Shown in pieces: positions 25,337 to 37,318 of a stretch of 64,000 nucleotides of DNA; within the stretch, counting starts at the first letter, position 1, and each line of letters opens with the position of its first letter. The notes beneath the pieces were generated by a model. It saw only the letters and a program-made list of their open reading frames with translations, had not been told where the DNA came from and made no database searches. A program made the translations under genes and the position numbers. The DNA is taken from assembly GCA_964019425.1 (NCBI GenBank), contig OZ025787.1:310001-374000 (forward strand), read 5' to 3'. This stretch comes from Flectonema sp. DT1601. Taxonomy: Eukaryota.

Positions 25337-28300
25337 TCATCGAGTGCCTCTCATAGGAAATGGTTTCTTCTCAGTTCGTATATCAGGAAGTGAGGGAGTT
25401 GGTCCCTTTTTCCTCCGCCTTCCTTTTGGTGGGGTAGCTGCCAATAAAAGAATAGCTTCAGTAAGTGACAGCTCAGATGATTCCTCGCTGCCACGTTCGA
25501 AAGAGGAGGAGGAAGAAGAGGAGGAGTTCTTCGGACGTCTGTCGAGGTAGTCGGAGGAGGAAACAGATAAGCGGCGTTTCACTTTCAAAGGAGGAGAAGT
25601 AATAGATTCTTGATCACTTGTGGTACTCGAGGTCTTGTTTCGACCCTTTCTGCGAACAGGTCTCTTATTTGGTGAAGCAACACTACTGATACTGTCAGTG
25701 ATACTGCTGGTGCTACTGCTGGTAGTGGTAGTGGTGGTGGTGGTGGTGATGCTGCTGATCTCAACGCTGCTGACTTCAACGCTGCTGATCTCAACGCTGT
25801 TTTCTGAATTAGCAACTGACTGACATTTCTGTCTCTTTGTGTCCTGTTGATCAGAACAACTATCGCTATCAATTGATGGAGAATGAATTCTTTTTATTCT
25901 TATTTCAGTATCAGAATCAGACTCCGCAGCTGATGCTTCGCTGTCATTCTCTTCATCATCAGAAGCAGTAGACGATTCGGCTTTCGTTGAGCAGTTTTCT
26001 TCGGAATTAGATTGCTCCCCTTCACTAAACTCGACAGTACTGGTTATTGGTGATGTGACTTTTTGTGTTCGGTTTCTTTTTACTTTTACTACTTCCGCTA
26101 CCTCATCTGATGAAACACTAGACTCCTCAACTGAAGTGGTAGCTGTGGGTGATTTAACTTTTCTTGGACGGCCTCGTTTCTTCTTCACCTCAACTGTCTT
26201 AGTTACTTCACTCTCACTGGAATCAGAGCTGCTGACAGTAGCAGTCTTTATCTTATCCGTGGTCGATGTTGTCGACATCTCAGTTCCACTGTCGGAACTG
26301 CTAATTGAACTCAGAGAGTCTTCTGTAGAGCTGACTGTTGGAGATTTAGCTTTACGAGGTCTTCCTCTTTTGGGTTTCTGTTTTGGTGCCGAAACTGAGT
26401 CGTCTGCTGAAGATGAGGAGCAGGAGGAGGAATTAACAGACAGCGATCCATTTAATTTATTATTTTCACAGCTGCTGCTGTCAGCTGCTGATGACGAAGA
26501 CGAGTCAGCTGATGAGCAACTGGAGCGCTTTCTTTTAATTTTTGATTTCTTAGGAGAAGGAACGGATGATGAGCTGCTTGCGGAACTACTCGACTGCTTC
26601 TTCGCATTCCTACCTCTCCTACCTTTCGTAGTTTTCAGTTGGCTGCTTGGGGAGCTGCTGCTATTGCTGCTGCTGCTTTGTTTCTTTCGTCTTACAATTC
26701 TTCTCAAACTCGCTCTTTTCTTTTTAATACGATTATCTGAGCTCTCAGTCTGATCTAACTTACGTAAAGAGCTCTGCTGAGATTCTTCAATCTCAACAGT
26801 GAATGTTTGGAATTGTTGAAGATGACGACGACGGCTTCTGATAGGCGCAGGTTTTGGATCAGCAGAGTCGCAGGGGAAGGTAGGAACGGGCGAGACAGAA
26901 CTAGAGATTCGTTGAGATGGTGCAACGAGACCACCAAATGCTGTAGTTGCACTTGACACAGATGAATCTTCTCCATCAGAGAATGGTATTAAGAAGCAAG
27001 GATCAGATTCTGTTGTTGTTGAAGATATCGAAGATGAAGATGACGACTCACTTACAGAACTCTCCTCATCACTGTCATCAGTTGTAGTATCAGTTGCTGT
27101 ATTCGTATCACCAGTTGCTTCAACAGTCTCGATTGCATCAACTTGATGTGTTGATACTGAAATCTGATCATCCTGCACGGATGCATTTAATACCAATAAA
27201 TTAGCGAAAATATCCGCATCGAATTCCTCAATCTGCGGATTAGACATGACAGCTAATAAAGTAGTTTCGGTGTCACTCATGCTGCTAGGAGTTGCAATGC
27301 ACTCTTTTACTTCTTGATAAACCATATTCTGTTGTGGTTGGAAATCACCCTGAGGTGTTGGTACTATAACACTGAAATCTTCACTTGAAAAACGCCACTC
27401 GTCTGTAAAGAACTGCTGGCTCTTAGAAGCTGACTGTAATCGAGTGTCCTTAACAGTACAAAATGCTAAAGTACCAATGTCATCAGAAGTTATAATTGAG
27501 GAACCATCAGGTGAGTAAACAGGTGGATGAGATAGACCAAAGCTTTGTGTATGAGCTCTGCGTACATTTATTGATGCTACTTTAATACCCCTTCCAAGAT
27601 CCCAATGCTCAAGACAATGATCATATTCAGAACTCCATCTCTTTAATGATATGATATTATTCCAAAGTGGATGAGTCGACATACCAACTGTGTCACCTGG
27701 TATATCTCCTAGGTATTTACAGTTCACAGATGTTCCTGACATGTCCCATTGTGATCCCCAAGTGTGTCGTTTAGCTCCAACCTTCTTACACACTAAAACA
27801 TTTATTATCCCAGACTTCGATAAGTCAGTCGCACATGATAACGGTGAATGAAGATTCAAAGGTTTTATAATTAAAGGTCGTTTTGATGGTAGAGGTTCAC
27901 AGGTGTGAAAACCAGCACTGAATGTTGCTTCGTGAGGCCTTCTCAAAACAATATGAGATGAAATGCCACCTGTAACTGACACATTATTATTTGCTAAACG
28001 AACACACAGAGGTAAACCGTGAGTCGTTTTCGCAAATAGAGTCCAAAATTGACCTCTGCCACCTCTCTCTTGAAATTCAATTTTTTCAATCATCGACCGT
28101 TGAGTTGCTTGACACCTCACATGAACTAAATCCCTAGCCCTTGGCTTTACAGTGGCGTTACCAGAACCTACTGTTGCCGCAGTGTGCTCAAATGCTGAGA
28201 TAGAAATTCCTTTCTTGTGAGCAACAGCAAAAATATGAGAGCCGCTAAATGATATTAAATAAGGTTCGACGTGAGTATCGTATGTGAATAGTCTGGTCAA

Positions 28301-28804
28301 ATTATGAGACACAAACAGAACACTGTGACCATTGGCACAACCGAGTGTGTTATCTTCTGCCCATAAAACAGAAGGGACGTGTTCACATCGTTTCCAACAG
28401 GCAAGGCATTTGTGAGAGTCTGGATATGGAATACCTCCGTTTGAATGATTTAGTTTGACGTATCGTAAAGTGCTTTCAGTTGCCCATGCCAGGTATTGAG
28501 AGTCCAAACTAAATTCCATTGATTCAGCTGATGTCGTGAATGATGTTATCGTAGCTCGTAATTCCAATTTTTCAGTTCCCCAAAATTTTATTCTCGCTTG
28601 CGGTCCTCTCGACGCCGTCACAAAAAACTCCCCCCCAGGAGCAAACTTTATCACTGATATCGTTTCTACGTGTGCCAACAATCTCTTTGCTTGTACAATG
28701 TTACTACAATAATACAATGAAAGATCAACATTATTAGATCGATGTAGAATGTGGTTAGAGATATTACATGACTGGTTGCAGCTATCCCCAGTGGCTACAT
28801 CCAT
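25337..28804 (-). CDS. WD40 protein resembling the PHIP/BRWD propeller, with a Ser-rich tail carrying two AT-hooks
   Basis: RLLAHVETISVIKFAPGGEFFVTAS...IKFW...ELRATI and YSPDGSSIITSDDIGTL...QQFFTDEW parallel the BRWD-type WD region. AT-hooks PKRGRPRK and KKRGRPRK; no bromodomain visible. Confidence 0.7.
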   Translation of the reverse strand: MDVATGDSCNQSCNISNHILHRSNNVDLSLYYCSNIVQAKRLLAHVETISVIKFAPGGEFFVTASRGPQARIKFWGTEKLELRATITSFTTSAESMEFSLDSQYLAWATESTLRYVKLNHSNGGIPYPDSHKCLACWKRCEHVPSVLWAEDNTLGCANGHSVLFVSHNLTRLFTYDTHVEPYLISFSGSHIFAVAHKKGISISAFEHTAATVGSGNATVKPRARDLVHVRCQATQRSMIEKIEFQERGGRGQFWTLFAKTTHGLPLCVRLANNNVSVTGGISSHIVLRRPHEATFSAGFHTCEPLPSKRPLIIKPLNLHSPLSCATDLSKSGIINVLVCKKVGAKRHTWGSQWDMSGTSVNCKYLGDIPGDTVGMSTHPLWNNIISLKRWSSEYDHCLEHWDLGRGIKVASINVRRAHTQSFGLSHPPVYSPDGSSIITSDDIGTLAFCTVKDTRLQSASKSQQFFTDEWRFSSEDFSVIVPTPQGDFQPQQNMVYQEVKECIATPSSMSDTETTLLAVMSNPQIEEFDADIFANLLVLNASVQDDQISVSTHQVDAIETVEATGDTNTATDTTTDDSDEESSVSESSSSSSISSTTTESDPCFLIPFSDGEDSSVSSATTAFGGLVAPSQRISSSVSPVPTFPCDSADPKPAPIRSRRRHLQQFQTFTVEIEESQQSSLRKLDQTESSDNRIKKKRASLRRIVRRKKQSSSSNSSSSPSSQLKTTKGRRGRNAKKQSSSSASSSSSVPSPKKSKIKRKRSSCSSADSSSSSAADSSSCENNKLNGSLSVNSSSCSSSSADDSVSAPKQKPKRGRPRKAKSPTVSSTEDSLSSISSSDSGTEMSTTSTTDKIKTATVSSSDSSESEVTKTVEVKKKRGRPRKVKSPTATTSVEESSVSSDEVAEVVKVKRNRTQKVTSPITSTVEFSEGEQSNSEENCSTKAESSTASDDEENDSEASAAESDSDTEIRIKRIHSPSIDSDSCSDQQDTKRQKCQSVANSENSVEISSVEVSSVEISSITTTTTTTTTSSSTSSITDSISSVASPNKRPVRRKGRNKTSSTTSDQESITSPPLKVKRRLSVSSSDYLDRRPKNSSSSSSSSFERGSEESSELSLTEAILLLAATPPKGRRRKKGPTPSLPDIRTEKKPFPMRGTR

Positions 28805-29032
28805 GTTCCTTTTATTATTATTATTTTTAATGTACCCTAAGACTGAAAGGTGAGGAATGAAAATAATAGTTCAGCTTATTTAGGGTGATGTTCCATACTT
28901 ATCGTTTAGCATAACTCCAAGTACCTGTAGAAATAATCACTTAAGTAGCAATAATGACGGGGAATAAGAACTGTCGCTACACTAATTACGAAGCAAACAA
29001 CACTTTCCACAAATCGATACGAATAGAGGATA

Positions 29033-29409
29033 TCACCTCCTTTCTCGCTTTTCTTTGCGGCGCTTACGATCGCGGTCTCTGGAGCGGGAACGGTTCCGAT
29101 CCTTTTTCTCCTTCTTACGTCTTTCACGACCTTCATCATACCCTCGTCTGATATCTTCGTCAGAATCTGATCCACGTCTGCGGCGGCGTTTTTCATCGTC
29201 GCGGTCATCGCGGTCTCGAGTTCCGGGGAAGTTAAATCCCCGTTTTTGTTCCGGTCGGTTTTGCCCGAGGTGTTGCTCAAAAACGTTACCCGGGGGCTGG
29301 GTGGTAGCAGGAGCGGAAAAGGGACGAAAGCCTCCAGCAGGCTGCAAACTTTGCTGCGGTTGCTGCTGTTGTAGTTGTTGCTGTTGCTGCTGTTGTTGTT
29401 GTTGTTGTT

Positions 29410-29461
<52 letters not shown>

Positions 29462-31561
29462 TTGTTGTTGCTGTTGCTGCAGCTGTAGCTGTTGCTGTTG
29501 TTGCTGTTGCTGTTGCTGTTGATATTGAGGTGTGTGAGCAGCAAGCTGGTACTGCTGCTGCTGTTGTGGCGGCTGAGGAGTTAAAATTTGTTGCGGAGGT
29601 GCAAATTGTTGGTGGTGCTGATGATGGTGGTGGTGATGGTGATGGTGGTGATGGTGATGATGGTGGTGGTGATGGTGTTGGTGGTGATGATGGTGGTGAT
29701 GGTGATGTTGATGATGATGGTGGTGATGGTGGTGGTGCATTTGTGGTTTCATTAACATCTGTTGATGCTGCTGCTGCTGTCTCTGCGCCTTCAGTAATTC
29801 AAATTCCTCTTTTGACAACACTGGAGTAGCATCAGGAGTGTATTCTGCTTCCTCTTCACGTTCTGCTTGTTCTCTTGCAGCTTTTTCTGCGGCCAACTTC
29901 ACTTTCAGACGCTGCTGCTCTTCTAAGATAGCTTCTTGATCAACATCTCCATTAAGGTGTAGAAAGGTACCGATTTCATAGTCGGGGGATGCGACTGTTG
30001 TTTCGACTGTTCCGGAACCGTCGTAGACGTCCAGACGATGACGCATTCGGAAAGTAGAGTACTCGTGTTCAGGTTCACCACTAAAGTCACCCTCATCTTC
30101 TTCGTAAGAAGTCATGTCAGATGATTTTACTTTTGGATGTAATTTGAGGTATCGCTCAAGGAACTCATCGTCTTCAGCCATTCTTTCGAGTGTCTCATCT
30201 CCCATTTCACGAACTGGAGCAATGTCTTCAACATATTCACTATCCATTAATAATGGTTCATAAGTTCCTAAAGACTTTAATGGTAGCCTTGCACCTCCGT
30301 GATACAGTGACTTGATTTCTGATCCTCCTCTTACCCAACCTTGAATTAAGTTTGTCTTTGCTTCTTGAGTTACGTGTTTTAATTCCAGTTGGTGGTCCTG
30401 TTGTATTGTTATTTATTTATTGTACCTTTTTGACTTCATTAGTTTTCATATTATAAAATAGAAAACAACATACGTTGGCGAGAGGCTTTTGTAAAGAATA
30501 CAACGCCGCTGATGCATCAGCTGCGTTTCCGAAGGTTATTAGCTGTTTGGTTGTTTGTTGGTTTTAAAGCATAAATAAGAAGGAAAAGAAAAAAAGAAGA
30601 AAAAAACATACCAAAACATCGTAGTCGGGTCGGAATTGTTGTTTTTCAAAATTAATATGCGGAGGGTCAGTCCCGAATAATGAAAACACTTCAGCAACTT
30701 GTCTAATAAGGTTATCGTCGTATCCTTTCTTTCCAACACTGGATAGGATAAGTGATCGTGAGGCTTCTTTTAGCATTCCTTGTCTGTCAAGTTCTGCTTC
30801 AAATGTCTTTTTACTCTTCTTGGCGCTGTTGATGGTGTCGAGGACTTTCTGTGCGTGAGCTGTTTCTCTAAACTGCGCATAGCATATGTAATTCTTCGCA
30901 TTATCGGTATCTAATTCTAACTCACAGTATTCGATGGGACCAAATCCTAATAAAACTCTAAAAAGTTTACTCTTTGCTGCGGCACTGATGGAAAGCTTTA
31001 GTAACCTCGCAGTATCTGCCTGCTGCTCAACATGGAAACCTTCTTCTTCACGAAGTTTCGCACTCTGTTGCCAGTCAGCTACCTGATCTCTGTCTTTTAT
31101 AAATTTTCCAGCTAGTGGAGTGTCTCCCCATCTCGCTAGTTGAGCTCCTTCAAGGACAGCATCCTGTTGGGTGTTTTTGTTAAGACCAAGAAGATTAAAA
31201 GGAAGGGGTGAAACTTTGACAATGTAAAAAACAGTAACGGTATTAAATCAAAGAAAATTACGTTTAGAAAAAATGAAAACATAAAAAGGGAAAACTAGAC
31301 GTTTTTCTTTTTTGTCTTATTGACCAAAAGACGATTAAAAGGAAGGAGAAAACATAATAAGAAACATACATGAAGCGGACTGATCTTATCAACGAAATAT
31401 TCCCAACCAGCATTACCCGGACCGTTGACAAACTGCCATCCTTGTTTATTGCTGTAGTTTTCTCTTAGTACTTCTAAGTAGTCTGGTTCAAGTGTTTTAC
31501 TCTTTTGATGAAGAGCTGCTACAGCTTTATCAACTTCACGTGTGACTTCCGTATCAGTCAT
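29033..31561 (-). CDS. RNA-binding protein: SURP-like N-terminus, two RRM-like domains, polyH/polyQ tract, RD/RS-rich tail; 4 exons
   Basis: Phase-0 introns 31369-31164, 30611-30543 and 30473-30398 give one frame from MTDTEV to the 404-aa ORF. RRM-like FGPIEYCEL...ICYAQF...AQKVL and EVFSLFG...LITFGNAADASAAL; tail RNRSRSRDRDR. Confidence 0.75.
29360..29740. repeat. Coding trinucleotide microsatellites (CAG/CAA polyQ and CAC/CAT polyH on the minus strand)
   Basis: Long imperfect (TGC/TGT)n and (TGG/TGA)n runs on the plus strand. Confidence 0.95.
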
Positions 31562-34011
31562 TTTATTGTAACATATGTTCTTATGGGAAAACAACTAACT
31601 TATTACGACAGGTTTTTTTAAAATGAAAAAAGGATAACCGTCTTTTGTTGGTAAAAAGAAAAGAGGAAAAGAATTTTTTTTTTTTCAATTCAACACGTTA
31701 CAGCTTCAGAAAAAAAAAAGGGAAAAAAAGAGAAAAAGAAGTAAGAAGAAAAAATAAAAGGGGATAGAAAAATTTTAAAAAAAGGCAGAAGGGTAGGGCA
31801 GAAGTGGTGTTATTTCTGTGGCAAGTTTGTCAGTTCTCGATACGTGTGACAAGTTTTTCAGAAATTCCGTGGTCGAGAGTCCGCTGACTCAACACTGAGA
31901 GATCAGGCTGAGTCAGAAAAAGAGAGGAAAGTTTGCGTCTGTCATCTTACGGCGAGAAGATCGCGCCGGATATCAAAACTTGCGCGTTAACTTAGTATTA
32001 CCGAACAACAACAGATTCGCAGTCCTTACAAGGCAAAAGACGATTACACTGCACCACTCCAGCTTCCTATTTTATACATCGTTTACTACAGCTGTGAGCG
32101 TTTTAATAACCACCTCTTCTTCTTCTTTTTTAATTATTTTCTCTAATGATGATTATTGTGATAGGGGAAATTTCAACTTATCTTCAAAACAAAAAAAATA
32201 AAAATAAAAAAATGTTGCGATTTTTGTGTAAATGGCAGGGATGCAAAAAAATTTTTTTTATTTTTCGTTCTCTTTTTCTTTTCCAGCATTTTCTTGTTAA
32301 TTTATTATTTAATACCTAAAATTTTAAAAATAAAACATCCACATGGCAAACAGTGGCAACCACATAAGGGGATTCCGGGAGAAAGGCTGAACATTCTTCA
32401 AAAGGAGAAGAACGCTGTACATCGAAGATTCTACATTACAGCCCAAGGCACTAATCTTCTTTATTTTATTTGCGTTATAATTATTTTCTTAGTTAGATAG
32501 TATTAGTCAGCAAAATACAGAACTGATGACTACGAGGGGTCTGAGAAGCCCGCATCAGTAAGGACCCCAATCGCGAAGATCACAATTTTATTACCAGTTA
32601 GTAGTTAGTTCGTAGCGCACTACTGGGAGGGGAAGGTGAAAAAAAATATTTAAAAAAAAAGTATTCCATATAAGGCATCATTCTTTATTATACAACTATA
32701 TGCCTACATACCACGAAAGAAAATAGAAACCCCCGGAACAGTACCGAGGATCGCTCACCTCCAGTTGTCCAAAGCATTATAATTATACTGTGGGCTTACC
32801 GAAAGCTTTGTAAAAGTACCACAAGAATTGGGCAGCACATAGCCATATCACCCGACAAGAAATGGAAATAAAAGGATGACAGTCAGTTTATGGTCATAAC
32901 TGCGCCGGACCAAATTTTACATAAGTATCTATTAACCAGAATAATCAAAAAAGCTGGACACAGATGATTGCCTGCCTCGAAGTCTACGTCATCACAGAGA
33001 GGGAAAAAAAATATTTAAATTTTCACAAAAGTTGGTAAGTGAAAGATCCCTAATACGGCGGTAGTAGATTGAACCTAATCCCTGAAATGGATTATTTTAT
33101 TAGTTTCAGCACATAGTCATCACCAGATAAAGAGATCTGGTTTTCTGTAACACAATGCTTCCACCTTGACCGGAGTACTAACAGGAAACAAATTGAAATT
33201 AGTAAAATTTAAAGAAGAAAAAAAGAAAAAAAAAGGGCACCAAATAAAAATTCAAAAACGTTGATGAATAACAAACCAGGGGCAATAAAAAGAATATTTT
33301 ATAATCCCTCAGAGAAACGGGAGAGTGAGAGAGAGATGAAGGAATACACCAAGAGTGTAGTGCTACTGTAAAGCAACACTAATTCGATAATTAAGAAAAT
33401 CACACTCAAGAAGACTAATTTTTTTACAATATCAGTTCTGTCCTCTATTTTGTTTTGTTTGCCAACCACGATGATTGATTTTCCACCAGTAGTCACCTTT
33501 ACTAGCGAAAGGATCGTGGCAGAATCACAAAAAAGAAAAATGCTGACACTTGCAAAGAATGACAGTGTGATTAGATGTTTATAGCAAAAATCCAGAGCAT
33601 TGGGACAGAGGATAGAGGTAACTGAGATGGGACCGTATGACTCACTTAGACAAACAGGTGATGCAAATCACAACCGTTTTTTTCGTTTTTATTAAAAGAA
33701 ACTCTGTTGAAGCAAACACAAAAAACACTTCAAAAAAAAAAAAAAAAAAAAAAGGGCACCAAATAAAACCCAAAGAGGGAGGTCAATGTTCCTCAACCTA
33801 AGAAGTGCACAAGCAATATTGCATTTTGTCGCTTTAATGCATGAGAACAGGAACTAAGAAATAATAAATTCCCTATTTTTTTTTATTTTTTTTTCGAAAT
33901 TAAAATTACGTGAAACAAACTTGTTAATGAGGTCAAAGTGACTATTTATTTATGAAAATAGGACATCGACCACACACCGTCAACCAAGTAATAAAAAAAA
34001 ATCCTTACGCA

Positions 34012-36867
34012 CTAGGTGTCAGAAAGGTCAGTTAATGCTGTAGCGGACCCTAGAGGGTTGTCTTTATTTCCAACTCCAACAATATTTGATTCGTTTCCAA
34101 GAGCTAGCAGTACTGTAGAGTCTGAAGTATTTTTAATAATCAGTTCAATGTTCCCACTGAGGAGTGCCTCAGAGAAGTGTGTTGACCATGCCCACTCCCA
34201 CTCATCTTCTTCTACTCTTGAACGGAGTGACTCAGCTCGAAGTTGATAAACAACACAAGTCGACCAAATAGATAAAGGTCGTACCATGTATTTTAAAGAA
34301 GGATCCATAGCAATACTTTGAAGCTTCGGATGATCTTCAGACGCTGCGAGAGCGAAGGCCAATATCTCTGATGCCCACATCGCGACTTTCTTGCTGAACT
34401 CGATTGGACGACCAACACTGAGAACTGTTTTTTGACTTTGGGTTCCTCCATTCGCTGTTGAAACATCTCCTTGTGACAGACCAACACTTACCATTGTAGG
34501 CTCGTATAATGTTTCGTACAACAGTCCTACGAATTGAATGCACTTTTGTTGGTGAGTTGGACATCTTTTTGTTGCATTCCATCCACAAGATATAGCATTA
34601 CCGCAGACACCAGTACAATCACCTTCTGTCCTTGCAACAGATAAGAACACGGTAGACACAATGCTGTTAACTAAAACCATGTCGGGTTCGAATTGAATTT
34701 CAGGAGGTCTCATTTGAACAAACGCCATTGAAGCGACATTCGTACTGAATCTGATTGCATTCCTACCAGCGAGTGAACTCCCTTTACTCGATATCGAAGG
34801 TGATGATGATCCACCTCGATAAGGTTTCTTTATTGAATCACCTCTCGTTGATAATATGAGAGGAAGTATGTAATGAATTTCAACAAAACCGATACCTCTA
34901 CAAGCAACATTCTCAACTGATGTAGTGACGTATGATGTTTGTAAGGCTTCAGGAACTGGACGAAGAGATTCACTTGAGATGGATATGCAGCCGGGTTTTC
35001 CATTTTGCTCTAGTCTGGCAGCTTTATTGACAGCAGTTCCAAAGAAATCAGATCGACCGGTGACAGGATTGACGTCTATTTCTGTGTCTCCCAAATGCAT
35101 TCCTATTCTCACAATCAATCCTTTCCACATGTCACCCTCAAAAGGAACAATGAGATCAGCTGGCCAGTCGTTGCATCTCCACAGCAACTCTTGAACCCTA
35201 AGACCGAACATCAACGCTGATGCAGCTGATGTAAAGCAGATCATGAAGGCATCACCGATTGTTTTTACTTCGTATCCATCAAATTCACTAATCTGTTCTC
35301 TAATTATTCTGTTGTGAATCGACAATGCAGTCTTCATTTGCAAAGGACAAATTCTCCAAATCTCAGTTGAATTCACGATATCTGTAAACACTACCATGAT
35401 ACCTTTACCGTCTGTCTTTGCTCTTGAGTTGTTGGGGAGGTTTTCAGGGCTTCCGGGATATGGTAGGAGTTCGATCTCTTCAAAAATTGAATTTGGGATG
35501 TAGGCTTTGTATTCATGCATTGATATGACTGCTCTCATTAATCCCATCTTGAGCTTTAAGATCTCTGAAACGAATCCTCGACACTCGTTGAGAAGTTCTG
35601 ATGCTGTCGTCAGATCCATTTTATTCAACGGTTCAACTGCAGCAGCAAGTTTAGCCAGCGGTTTTACGATTAAAAATATCTCACCGATCCCAATGAAGAC
35701 GTCGAATGAGAAAACTAAAAACACGAATACTATAAAAACAGTAAGTCCATAATTCATTTGATCTTCAACAGAAGCAACTGATCTTAACCAAAGTAAATAT
35801 ATTGAGTCAGAGAGATCATGTCCTTCTGTTGTTAAGATTGTTTGACGAAGCATCCAATACTCACCACCTGATGTCCCTCGTCTGAGAAATACTCCATCAG
35901 TTGTTCTGTTTAGTATCGAAGCTATGTCTTGAATCGGTTGTGGAAGTGACCCGATTAACTTAAAACAGGGATGTATTAACCCCGTCATAATCCGTTCTCC
36001 AGTACAGTCTGGTCGTAACTGCGACTCATTAAAATTACCAGCCAATATAACAGACGAGTTTCCGTTTGCCAACGTCGTCATAAAAATTGATGCTTTCGTA
36101 ACGTAGCTACGTAGAATTCTATTCCAACGGTCATCATTAGTAGCGGTGTACATTTTTATATCATAATCCTCATACACAGACACAGAATGCCTTAAAGCAA
36201 TAATCTGATATTTCATATATATGTAAGGCATGCCTGTTGCAGAAGTCCAAAAGGCAGGAGCAAGCCAAGACGATTCTCTAAATCTTCCATCTTTAATCAT
36301 ATCTTCGCGATACGATTTATGAAAATTCGAATATACGTAAGAGCTGAATGGGTATAAAAATTTTCCAAACTCAGCAGTTTTATTATCAATTTTGTAACAA
36401 GCTGTACAGGGTTCCTTACAGTTTTCAATATTTACAGGTCGTCGAGTTTGAGAACAGTCGGAATAAATACGAGGAGAGACAAATCCGTTCACATTCACCA
36501 AATCCCTTCGTAAGTCAGAAATGTTTGTCGGGTGATGAATATTTATCTGAAATGATGATACAATTACTTCTTCCTTTCTAAGAAACGCCAAAGCTGTTAT
36601 TCGAAACCAACTTTGAACTTCTTCATGAGATTTAGTGAGAGTCAAGTGTTCCAAAGTTTCTAACATTTGACGAGTAGCATCTTTCGTCTCCGTAAATGAC
36701 AATCTTAGAGTGTCGCTCAATCCAGTGACATCTGCTCGGCTGGTTTCTTCAATAGAATTCCCAAGTATCCTTAATCCTTCAAAGTACATAACTAAACCTC
36801 CGACTATCGATGCCGTTGTTGATACCACTCCTGTTATGATTACCAACCATTTTGCATCAATTCTCAT
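34012..36867 (-). CDS. Receptor-type adenylate cyclase (TM - extracellular sensor - TM - HAMP-like - catalytic cyclase - degenerate second cyclase domain)
   Basis: VFTDIVNST, YEVKTIGDAFM, VRIGMHLG, SDFFGTAVNKAARLE: both metal-binding Asp, the adenine-specifying Lys/Asp and the Asn/Arg pair are present. ATG at 36867. Confidence 0.9.
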   Translation of the reverse strand: MRIDAKWLVIITGVVSTTASIVGGLVMYFEGLRILGNSIEETSRADVTGLSDTLRLSFTETKDATRQMLETLEHLTLTKSHEEVQSWFRITALAFLRKEEVIVSSFQINIHHPTNISDLRRDLVNVNGFVSPRIYSDCSQTRRPVNIENCKEPCTACYKIDNKTAEFGKFLYPFSSYVYSNFHKSYREDMIKDGRFRESSWLAPAFWTSATGMPYIYMKYQIIALRHSVSVYEDYDIKMYTATNDDRWNRILRSYVTKASIFMTTLANGNSSVILAGNFNESQLRPDCTGERIMTGLIHPCFKLIGSLPQPIQDIASILNRTTDGVFLRRGTSGGEYWMLRQTILTTEGHDLSDSIYLLWLRSVASVEDQMNYGLTVFIVFVFLVFSFDVFIGIGEIFLIVKPLAKLAAAVEPLNKMDLTTASELLNECRGFVSEILKLKMGLMRAVISMHEYKAYIPNSIFEEIELLPYPGSPENLPNNSRAKTDGKGIMVVFTDIVNSTEIWRICPLQMKTALSIHNRIIREQISEFDGYEVKTIGDAFMICFTSAASALMFGLRVQELLWRCNDWPADLIVPFEGDMWKGLIVRIGMHLGDTEIDVNPVTGRSDFFGTAVNKAARLEQNGKPGCISISSESLRPVPEALQTSYVTTSVENVACRGIGFVEIHYILPLILSTRGDSIKKPYRGGSSSPSISSKGSSLAGRNAIRFSTNVASMAFVQMRPPEIQFEPDMVLVNSIVSTVFLSVARTEGDCTGVCGNAISCGWNATKRCPTHQQKCIQFVGLLYETLYEPTMVSVGLSQGDVSTANGGTQSQKTVLSVGRPIEFSKKVAMWASEILAFALAASEDHPKLQSIAMDPSLKYMVRPLSIWSTCVVYQLRAESLRSRVEEDEWEWAWSTHFSEALLSGNIELIIKNTSDSTVLLALGNESNIVGVGNKDNPLGSATALTDLSDT

Positions 36868-37318
36868 TTTCACAACAGAAATAAGAAATTCAGGTCAATA
36901 CTTGTTGCATTGTTTGTTTTTTTTTAAATTTTTTTTTTTTGGTGTATTTCCTTTTTTTTAGGGAAAGATTCGCCTGTTTTTTTAAATAAAAATAAAATTT
37001 AAAAAGAAGAAAAAATATTAATAATCAAACTGACACACAAAACAGGCAACAGACTAACTCTCAGGACAGAATGAGAGTAAGAATGATAAAAAGAGAGAGA
37101 AACGTGTAAATAAATAAATAAATAAATGAAAGAATAAAAATAAACCGATCCACAACCGTATTAGTGGTTTTTTTTTTTTTTTTTTTTTCCTTTTCATTTT
37201 TTTTTGAGTTAACCAAAAACATAAACTGACATAAACTGATTTGTACATAGATGGTGACGAAATTGAAGAAAGGAACAAAAAAAAAGAAATTTCTCAGTTC
37301 ACTACGTCACCAACAGCA

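Noticed and set aside
28906..29829. Alternative-frame and antisense ORFs over the polyQ/polyH region (poly-N/S, poly-C, poly-G/D)
   Set aside because: Trinucleotide repeats are stop-poor in several frames; only the Q/H frame links to the spliced RRM gene.
31996..32010. TACCGAACAACAA shared with the dispersed module at ~789
   Set aside because: Only 13 nt with no flanking similarity; cannot be separated from chance.
32522..32560. Possible C/D snoRNA (TGATGA...CTGA inside an ACTGATG/CATCAGT stem)
   Set aside because: Boxes are only about 11 nt apart, too short for a guide RNA; no other support.
33230..33770. Direct repeat AAAAGGGCACCAAATAAAA at ~33231 and ~33750
   Set aside because: Short and mostly A-rich, with no element structure between the copies.
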